Shown here piece after piece: positions 57,093 to 64,000 of a DNA stretch of 64,000 nt. The notes under the pieces were generated by a model. The model was not told the origin of the DNA, did not search any database, and saw nothing but the letters and a program-made list of their open reading frames with translations. Positions within the stretch are counted from its first letter, which is position 1. Each line of letters starts with the position of its first letter. The stretch is from an uncultured delta proteobacterium (GTDB lineage Bacteria > Bdellovibrionota > FAC87 > UBA2466): positions 128,001 to 192,000 of the forward strand of contig CAVZSV010000005.1 of NCBI GenBank assembly GCA_963778115.1, given 5' to 3'. The position numbers and the translations under genes are program-made.

Positions 57093-58091
57093 ATGGCAGA
57101 AGTCCTGTCGCAAACAGAAATCGACGCCCTTTTAGCCGCTGTTTCGGCGGGAAATGTCGAGACGCAAGAGACTCCTCACGCAACAGCCACCGGCGGCAAG
57201 GACTGGATCGCTTACGATCTTACGAGTCATGAAAAAGTAGTGGGCTCTCGTCTGGTGGGGCTTCAAGGAATTCATGAGCGGTTTTCGAGACTCTTTAGAG
57301 CAACCCTGTCCACTGCTCTTAAGAAAAGTGTCGTTGTGACTTGTACTAACACCGACTTCATCCACTTTTCCGATTATCTAGCCAATATCCTTCTCCCAAC
57401 GTCATTAAATGTTATCGAAATGACCAATCTAAAGGGGTTCATGATTCTAGTCATGAGCAGCAAGCTTACCTATGCTTTGGTGGATGCTTACTACGGGGGG
57501 TCGGAGAGGCCGTTTTCGAAAATCGGGGGGCGCGAAGAATTTACTACGATTGAAAGTAATATGATCCAAAAGATAAGTGAAATGGCGATTCGCGATATGC
57601 AGGAGGCCTGGAAGCTCAATTATCCGCTAGAGCTCAAATACACGCGCTCCGAAAGTAATCCGCATTTCGTGGGGAGCATTCACGGATCGGAGACTGTCGC
57701 CATTGTTACTTTTGACGTTGAATTTGAGAATCTCTCTGGATCCTTCGTTGTTATTCTACAAGTTCGGCCTTTAGATCCCATCCAGCAGAATCTTTCCGTA
57801 AATGTTCTTGCCGAAGTGACGGGCGAGGGTGATTCCTGGAAGGAGCACTGGTTAACGGAATTAAACTCACTCCCTCTGGAGCTTTCCGTGGAATTGGGTA
57901 CCACCCGCAAAGCGCTCAGTGAGCTCAATGCCATGAAGCCCGGAGATGTCTTACCTCTTTCACAAGATGCCGCGAGCCCTCTCAACGGTTCTTTAGAAGG
58001 AGTGGTAAAGCTGGAAGGTTTGATGGGCATTTGCCGAGGAAATCGAGCGATTCGCCTTACGAACTTTGTGGATAGCCGCAAGACTAACTAA
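57093..58091 (+). CDS. fliM: Flagellar motor switch protein FliM
   Basis: EVLSQTEIDALL, YD, IHERFSR, REEFT.IE, ESNP.F, C-terminal SpoA domain. Confidence 0.96.
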   Translation: MAEVLSQTEIDALLAAVSAGNVETQETPHATATGGKDWIAYDLTSHEKVVGSRLVGLQGIHERFSRLFRATLSTALKKSVVVTCTNTDFIHFSDYLANILLPTSLNVIEMTNLKGFMILVMSSKLTYALVDAYYGGSERPFSKIGGREEFTTIESNMIQKISEMAIRDMQEAWKLNYPLELKYTRSESNPHFVGSIHGSETVAIVTFDVEFENLSGSFVVILQVRPLDPIQQNLSVNVLAEVTGEGDSWKEHWLTELNSLPLELSVELGTTRKALSELNAMKPGDVLPLSQDAASPLNGSLEGVVKLEGLMGICRGNRAIRLTNFVDSRKTN

Positions 58092-58120
58092 TCTTTTTAT
58101 TCCAATCGGGGGAAGTTAAC

Positions 58121-58474
58121 ATGGACAGCGTAAAAACACCTAAGCCAGAAACCAACACACCGGAAGCGGATTCCTCACAGCCGCCGCTTAAGCTAGTCAA
58201 TCAACCAGCGGAGCCCAATCTAGATTTTGTGTTGGATATCCCGCTGAGAGTCGCCGTGGAATTGGGACGAACCAAAATATTGGTGCAAGATCTATTAAAA
58301 CTGCATAAAGGCTCGGTGATTGAACTCAGTAAAATGGCGGGCGAACCTTTAGAGATCTTAGTCAACGATCGTGTCGTGGCCCGAGGAGAAGTCATCGTGG
58401 TGAACGACAAGTTTGGTATTCGTTTGACCGATATCGTAAGCCATACGCAACGAATTCGCCAGTTGGGAGATTGA
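58121..58474 (+). CDS. fliN: Flagellar motor switch protein FliN
   Basis: LDIPL.V.VELGRT......LL.L..GSVIEL.K.AGEPL..LVN...ARGEV.VV..KFGIR.T.I. Confidence 0.96.
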   Translation: MDSVKTPKPETNTPEADSSQPPLKLVNQPAEPNLDFVLDIPLRVAVELGRTKILVQDLLKLHKGSVIELSKMAGEPLEILVNDRVVARGEVIVVNDKFGIRLTDIVSHTQRIRQLGD

Positions 58475-58475
58475 A

Positions 58476-59321
58476 ATGAATAGAGTCACAACCAGTTACT
58501 TGGTAGCAATCGCCTTATTAACGACTGCTATTGCATTTGGGTCGGAGCTGGTTTCCTCGGTAAAAGTATCGGGAACCGATCAAGCCGATGTCCTTTTCAC
58601 GATCGGCAAGCTTAATAGCCTTCCTGAGATGCATATTGAAAATAACGTCGTGGAATTGACGTTTAACGACGCGCAAATCGATGAAGGGATTAGCGATAAC
58701 CACGAACTGAGCGCACCCCATTCGTTGATTCGGCGAATTGGAACATACGCCATTGACAAGAGTACGGTGAAATCTCGCATCGTCATCAACGGAAGTTCCG
58801 AAGAACTTTCCCATCGAGTGCACCTTTCCAAAGAAGGGGGATCGGTAAAGCTCTCCATTGAGTTCCCCAAAGGGGCGGCTACGGCGGCTAGCTTTTTGCG
58901 GGACGAGGAGCTTCCTTTAGCATCGTTCAATAGTCCGGCGAAACCCATCGTGGCCTCTCCCAGCGGAGCTCAGTTTGTCCTTGTGATCTTAGTCTTTCTC
59001 GCCGCGGGTGCAGCGACTTACTTTTTCGCGCGGTTTTTAAAGCAACGAGGACAGATTAAAGGAACCCGCAAGTATCTGATCGAACAACTAAGCTATTGCC
59101 CCATTGGTAATAAAGCGGGCGTGTCCCTGCTAAAGATTGGAAATGAGTTTGTTTTGGTTGGGGTGACGTCACAGACGATTTCGATGCTTTCTAATCTCCC
59201 CAAACTTCAGGAACAATACGAAGGAGAGAGCGTTTTGGAAAGAAAAGATTTTAAGGTCGCTGTCGAAGAAGAATTTGGACGTCTTAAGAAGTTTACGCAA
59301 AGTGCAAGGGTGAGTTCATGA
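58476..59321 (+). CDS. fliO: FliO with a large N-terminal periplasmic domain
   Basis: Located between fliN and fliP; TM followed by IG.K..V.LLKIG.E.VLVGVT..TIS.L. Confidence 0.85.
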   Translation: MNRVTTSYLVAIALLTTAIAFGSELVSSVKVSGTDQADVLFTIGKLNSLPEMHIENNVVELTFNDAQIDEGISDNHELSAPHSLIRRIGTYAIDKSTVKSRIVINGSSEELSHRVHLSKEGGSVKLSIEFPKGAATAASFLRDEELPLASFNSPAKPIVASPSGAQFVLVILVFLAAGAATYFFARFLKQRGQIKGTRKYLIEQLSYCPIGNKAGVSLLKIGNEFVLVGVTSQTISMLSNLPKLQEQYEGESVLERKDFKVAVEEEFGRLKKFTQSARVSS

Positions 59322-60079
59322 CGGGTCTATTCGGTCTGCTTGCCCCTTTGTTCGGCTTGTCGATAACGCCGAGCTTTGCCAAAAACGTTGCTTCCCTTAG
59401 TTCCGCTATCCCTCCTCTTCAAATCTCACTGGGAGGGGCTACGAGCCCCGAGCAAACCGCCGTGGTGCTCAAGATTCTAGCCCTTCTGACTATCCTAGCC
59501 TTGGCACCTTCGATTCTCATTATGATGACCTCTTTCGTTCGGATCGTAATTGTCCTTTCCTTTTTGAGGCAAGCCATCGGCACTCAGATGCTTCCTCCGA
59601 ATCAGTTAGTAGTCGCGCTGGCCCTTTTTTTGACGGCTTTCATTATGGCGCCCGTGTGGCAGACCGTCTCTACCCAAGCTCTGACTCCCTATCTCGATGG
59701 AAAGATGAGCCAGACCGAAGCGCTGTCTATTTCAGAAGGGGCGATTCGCCAATTCATGTTTAAGCAAACTCGAGACAAAGATCTGGGGCTTTTTGTGAAG
59801 CTTGCTAAGTTAGAACAGCCCAAAGTGCGTTCGGATGTTCCTACGTATTTACTGATTCCGGCCTTTATGATTTCGGAATTAAAGACGGCATTTCAAATTG
59901 GCTTTATGATCTATATTCCCTTCCTCGTTCTCGATATGGTTGTCGCAGCCGTTCTGATGGCGATGGGAATGATGATGCTTCCGCCGGTTATCATCTCTTT
60001 ACCTTTTAAACTCATACTTTTCGTTCTAGTCGACGGGTGGGGGCTCATCATTGGCTCGCTCGTACGAAGTTTTGGTTGA
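59318..60079 (+). CDS. fliP: Flagellar export gate protein FliP
   Basis: MTSFVRI.IVLS.LRQA.G.Q..PPNQ, LIPAFMISELKTAFQIGF, PP..ISLPFKL.LFVLVDGW. Confidence 0.97.
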   Translation: MTGLFGLLAPLFGLSITPSFAKNVASLSSAIPPLQISLGGATSPEQTAVVLKILALLTILALAPSILIMMTSFVRIVIVLSFLRQAIGTQMLPPNQLVVALALFLTAFIMAPVWQTVSTQALTPYLDGKMSQTEALSISEGAIRQFMFKQTRDKDLGLFVKLAKLEQPKVRSDVPTYLLIPAFMISELKTAFQIGFMIYIPFLVLDMVVAAVLMAMGMMMLPPVIISLPFKLILFVLVDGWGLIIGSLVRSFG

Positions 60080-60116
60080 AGTTTCTCATTTCTCATTAGC
60101 TCATTAGGGGGGCTCT

Positions 60117-60386
60117 ATGCAATCCGAACAAGTTTTAGATATTACCAGACAAGCCATCAAGATCGCCGTAATGCTATCGGCTCCTTTGTTACTTTTCGGA
60201 CTCGTTGTCGGTGTGCTGGTGAACGTTTTCCAGGCTGTCACTCAGATCAGTGAAACGACCCTCCAAGTCGTTCCCAAGATGGCCGCGATGTTGCTTGCTT
60301 TGGTCTTGTTTGCGCCTTGGATGACCGACATTATCACCGATTTTACCGTTCAGATTTTTGAAAGCATTCCTCACATTATTCGCTAA
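60117..60386 (+). CDS. fliQ: Flagellar export gate protein FliQ
   Basis: GL.VG..V..FQA.TQI.E.TL..VPK, PWM. Confidence 0.96.
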   Translation: MQSEQVLDITRQAIKIAVMLSAPLLLFGLVVGVLVNVFQAVTQISETTLQVVPKMAAMLLALVLFAPWMTDIITDFTVQIFESIPHIIR

Positions 60387-60399
60387 GTGAAAAACACCC

Positions 60400-61185
60400 A
60401 TGACAGACCTGTATCCCCGAAATTGGATGGAGTATCTAAATATCCTCCAAATCTTTTTGCGAATGATGGGACTGTTTTTGCTTCTGCCTGGGTTTTCTCA
60501 AGATAATATTCCTCCTCGCGTAAAAATCCTCTTCTCCTTGGTGCTTTCCTTGGCACTCTATCCCATGCTGAAGCACAATATTGCACCCCTTCCCGAATCG
60601 TTAGGGGGGCTAGCCGGAATCGCCTTGCGGGAATCCTGTATAGGATTACTCATGGGGTTTGCAAGCTATGTCACGTTTCAGGGAGTGGCTCTGGCCGCCC
60701 AATTTATCGGCACTCAAATGGGGTTTGGAGCCGCGGGCCTTGTGGATCCTATCAATCAGTCCCAGACCTCTATCCTAGTGGCTTTGCAGGGTTGGCTAAT
60801 CCTGATGGTCTTTTTCTTTACCGACATGCATCATCGCGTGTTGCAGCTTTTTGTGATGAGTTTTGATGTCACTCATCAGATTCCCGTTCATGCCTTTGCG
60901 ACTTCGGAGGTATTGACCGAGTTTATTCGTATTACCGGAAAGATTTTCATCATGGCCGTTCAGATGGCGGCCCCGTTTACCTTACTTATCTTAGCGACCA
61001 ATGTCGCGGTGGGGATTTTAGCTCGAATGCTACCTCAGATGAATATTTTGTTATTCAGTTTTCCCATTACGATCTTATTGGGACTTTGCGCTATTTATCT
61101 GGTGGCTCCCGAAATGCTTTATTACATGGAAAACGTATTGTCGGAGATGTTGGGCGACATGGTGTCGATGATGAAGATGGTCTAG
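60400..61185 (+). CDS. fliR: Flagellar export gate protein FliR
   Basis: IP.RVK, E..IGL..G, A.Q.IG.QMGFG...VDP, R..PQMNI....FP. Confidence 0.95.
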   Translation: MTDLYPRNWMEYLNILQIFLRMMGLFLLLPGFSQDNIPPRVKILFSLVLSLALYPMLKHNIAPLPESLGGLAGIALRESCIGLLMGFASYVTFQGVALAAQFIGTQMGFGAAGLVDPINQSQTSILVALQGWLILMVFFFTDMHHRVLQLFVMSFDVTHQIPVHAFATSEVLTEFIRITGKIFIMAVQMAAPFTLLILATNVAVGILARMLPQMNILLFSFPITILLGLCAIYLVAPEMLYYMENVLSEMLGDMVSMMKMV

Positions 61186-61219
61186 GGATAAGTTCGTTAC
61201 GTAATCCAACAAAAACAAC

Positions 61220-62296
61220 GTGCCCGAAAACGAAAAATCTACAGAAGATAGAACAGAAGCCCCTACGCAGTTCCGTCGTGAGGAGTTTCGTAAGCAGGGG
61301 ACCGTTGCCGTTTCCAAGGAGATACTCTCGGTTGCTGTGATGATGTCGGTGGGAATGTCGCTGTATTTTTTTATCTCTATCGTTTATCGAGAGTTTCAGG
61401 CGATGGCTCTGGAGTTCTTCGGCTTCGGAAAATCGGAACTGACTCGAGATACCTTTTTAGAGCTAAGAGTGGATATGTTTCATCACTGGGGATGGATGGC
61501 CTTACCAGTGATGGGGGTTACGGTCGTCGCTGGTTTAGCGGCCTGTGTCGCTCAAGTGGGTTTCCATGTCACGACTGATACTCTGACTCCGAATTGGGAC
61601 AGAATAAATCCAGTCAACGGATTCGCAAGGATCTTTTCATGGCAAGGATCTGCGGAAGGGGTGAAAGCACTCATCAAATTAACGGTGGTCGTTCTTATCG
61701 TTTACAGTTTTGTGAAAAATCAGGCGCCGGGTGTGGGAAATTATTTGTCCATGACCCTTCCAGAAGGGGTGGCAATGATGCTTACCACCGTCGCGCGGCT
61801 CTTTTTGACGATGTTATTTGCGTTGCTGGTCATGGGGGCTTTGGATTACGGCTTCCAGCGCTTTCAGGTCGAGCGTCAGATGAAGATGACCAAAAGGGAG
61901 GCGAAGGAAGAATTCAAGCTTCGAGAGGGAGATCCTCTCATTAAGTCGAGAATTCGAAGTATCCAAAGACGAATGGCTAGCCGTCGAATGATGGAGGCGG
62001 TACCTAAGGCGGATGTGATTGTTACCAACCCCACTCACTTGGCGGTGGCGCTTCAGTACAATGCTGAGACGATGCATGCGCCTAAAGTGATTGCGAAAGG
62101 GGCGGGAGTTATCGCTGAAAAGATTAAGGAGCTAGCAAGATTTCATCGAATCCCGGTTGTCGAGAATAAGCCACTAGCCAGAACGATCTACAAAGAAATC
62201 GAAATTAACCAGTACGTCCCTCGAGAACTTTATAAAGCGGTCGCCGAAGTCCTAGCCTACGTCTATCGGCTAAAAGGGGTAGCAAATGGAAAATGA
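61220..62296 (+). CDS. flhB: Flagellar export switch protein FlhB
   Basis: RTEAPT, RINP..GF, KMTK.E.KEE.K..EGDP, VTNPTH autocleavage motif, ENKPLAR. Confidence 0.97.
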   Translation: MPENEKSTEDRTEAPTQFRREEFRKQGTVAVSKEILSVAVMMSVGMSLYFFISIVYREFQAMALEFFGFGKSELTRDTFLELRVDMFHHWGWMALPVMGVTVVAGLAACVAQVGFHVTTDTLTPNWDRINPVNGFARIFSWQGSAEGVKALIKLTVVVLIVYSFVKNQAPGVGNYLSMTLPEGVAMMLTTVARLFLTMLFALLVMGALDYGFQRFQVERQMKMTKREAKEEFKLREGDPLIKSRIRSIQRRMASRRMMEAVPKADVIVTNPTHLAVALQYNAETMHAPKVIAKGAGVIAEKIKELARFHRIPVVENKPLARTIYKEIEINQYVPRELYKAVAEVLAYVYRLKGVANGK

Positions 62297-64000
62297 ATTC
62301 AGACTTCCCATCAATTTCAACAAGCTGATGAAGCATAGCGACTTGCTCATCGCGGTCGCCCTGCTAGGCACCTTGTTGATGATGATTCTTCCTATTCCAC
62401 CGTTCTTCATGGATATCTTTCTCGTCGGCAATCTAACGATGAGTATCGCGATTCTTCTGATCGCAGTCTACGCGGGAAGGCCACTGGACTTCTCGGTCTT
62501 TCCCACGATTTTACTTTTCTCGACACTCTTTAGGCTCTCTTTGAATGTCGCGACCACTCGTTTAGTCCTGCTTCACGGAAACGAAGGGACTGCAGCGGCA
62601 GGGCACGTGATTGAGACCTTCGGTCGAATGGTCGTCGGAGGAAGTTACATCGTCGGTGTGGTTATCTTCATCCTGCTTATCATTATTAACTTCGTCGTCA
62701 TAACCAAAGGTTCCGGTCGAGTCGCCGAGGTCGCCGCCCGATTTGTTTTGGATGCGATGCCTGGAAAACAGATGAGTATCGATGCCGATCTCAATGCAGG
62801 TCTCATCACTGAAGATCAAGCTAGAGAGCGCCGTAAGAAAGTGGAAACGGAAGCGGACTTTTACGGGGCCATGGACGGTGCTAGTAAATTCGTTCGAGGA
62901 GACGCGATCGCCGGCATTTTAATCACTTTCATTAATATCATTGGGGGACTTGCCATCGGTTGTTTTCAAAAAGGGCTGCCTTTAGGGCAAGCGGCGGAAC
63001 TCTATACGTTAATGACCATCGGAGATGGTCTGGTTACCCAGATTCCTTCTCTGATCGTCTCAACTGCGGCTGGTATCGTAGTTACGAGAGCCGCATCGGG
63101 AAGTAACCTTTCGAAAGATGTTGCAAACCAAATCTTCATGCAGCCCAGAGCTATGGGGATTACCGCGGGTATCATCTTTTTCATAGGTCTTATGCCCGGC
63201 ATTCCCGGCCTGCCGTTTTTCTTGGTGGCTCTTATCATCGGTAGCATTTCCTACTTGGTCCGAACACATCAAAAAGATCAAGTCGCTCAGAAGAAGATTG
63301 AAGAGCGTAAGCAATTGGAGCAGGCCAGTGTGGAGACCAACGTTCCTCCCGAAGTCGACGCTCTGGAACTTCAGGTGGGATATGGATTGGTGAACTTGGT
63401 CGATCCCGAACAGAAGGGAGACCTGGTAGATAGGATCTATCAACTGCGCAAGGAGTTTGCCAAAGATCTTGGCATCGTAGTTCCCAAAGTGCGCATCAAG
63501 GATAATTTAGAACTTCAGCCCGGCCAATATTCCATCTTGATCAAAGGGGTCGCTGTAGGTGGCGGAGAATTAATGAGTGGTTATTGCTTGGCGATGGATC
63601 CCGGCAATGTGGAAACCAAGATGGCGGGCATTGAGACCAAAGAGCCCGTATTCGGATTACCAGCCCTTTGGGTCTCGGAGAAGCAAAGGGAAAGAGCGCA
63701 AATCGCAGGCTACACCGTAGTCGACGCTTCAACCATTATTGCAACCCACCTATCGGAAACGATTCGCAAACATTCCTTTGAGCTAATCGGACGTCAAGAG
63801 CTTCAAAGCTTGATAGAGAATGTGGCAAAAAGCCATCCCAAGGTGGTGGAGGAGCTTATCCCCTCAGTGCTTAATTTGGGTGTTGTGCTCAAGGTATGTC
63901 AGAGCCTTCTTCGCGAGCAAGTGCCCATCCGAGATCTCTTATCCATTTTAGAAACACTCGCCAACTACGGGCCTCAAACCAAAGATCCCGAAGCCCTCAC
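62286..64000 (+). CDS. flhA: Flagellar biosynthesis protein FlhA (runs off the right edge)
   Basis: Translated by hand from the ATG at 62286: MENEFRL.., FSVFPTILL..TLFRLSLNVATTR, VITKGSGRVAEVAARF.LDAMPGKQMSIDADL, FYGAMDGASKFVRGDA. Confidence 0.96.
   Translation, partial: MENEFRLPINFNKLMKHSDLLIAVALLGTLLMMILPIPPFFMDIFLVGNLTMSIAILLIAVYAGRPLDFSVFPTILLFSTLFRLSLNVATTRLVLLHGNEGTAAAGHVIETFGRMVVGGSYIVGVVIFILLIIINFVVITKGSGRVAEVAARFVLDAMPGKQMSIDADLNAGLITEDQARERRKKVETEADFYGAMDGASKFVRGDAIAGILITFINIIGGLAIGCFQKGLPLGQAAELYTLMTIGDGLVTQIPSLIVSTAAGIVVTRAASGSNLSKDVANQIFMQPRAMGITAGIIFFIGLMPGIPGLPFFLVALIIGSISYLVRTHQKDQVAQKKIEERKQLEQASVETNVPPEVDALELQVGYGLVNLVDPEQKGDLVDRIYQLRKEFAKDLGIVVPKVRIKDNLELQPGQYSILIKGVAVGGGELMSGYCLAMDPGNVETKMAGIETKEPVFGLPALWVSEKQRERAQIAGYTVVDASTIIATHLSETIRKHSFELIGRQELQSLIENVAKSHPKVVEELIPSVLNLGVVLKVCQSLLREQVPIRDLLSILETLANYGPQTKDPEAL

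Noticed and set aside
59318..64000. Possible injectisome-type T3SS export apparatus
   Set aside because: The fliL, fliM (with CheY-binding LSQxEIDALL) and fliO context shows it is flagellar.

Overview
A gene-dense chromosomal segment of roughly balanced GC from a Gram-negative, flagellated bacterium. Gene content and protein style point to Bdellovibrionota or related former Deltaproteobacteria; this is inferred, not proven. No rRNA, convincing tRNA, CRISPR array, transposase or prophage was seen. Contents in order: partial lptD; a PilZ-like gene; a Ddl-like ATP-grasp ligase paired with a caspase/CHAT-like protein; an accessory block (about 3.5-14 kb) of secreted low-complexity proteins, a subtilase with a CUB domain, a lipoprotein, YceI and a cyanobacterial-type beta-barrel; pyrD; an HNH remnant; a tldE-like/ald/GT2/ligA run; cpoB-lysM(tsaP-like)-dprA-smg-topA; a leucine-catabolism-type cluster; a BMP nucleoside ABC transporter; an MCE/Mla system with two ATPases and two permeases; an orphan histidine kinase; miaE coupled to a GT2-like gene; a second PilZ gene; a delta-60 repeat protein; a Yej-type peptide ABC transporter with an apparent 1-nt frameshift; and the flagellar export operon fliL-M-N-O-P-Q-R-flhB-flhA (partial). 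Most notable: (1) the two MlaF ATPases carry complementary degenerate motifs, which predicts an asymmetric heterodimeric MCE transporter; (2) miaE is tightly coupled to an uncharacterised glycosyltransferase; (3) the ATP-grasp ligase plus caspase-fold peptidase pair; (4) a recurring sigma54 promoter plus YGTC-N9-GACR enhancer architecture in front of secreted orphan proteins. All family assignments come from reading motifs by eye, without database searches.
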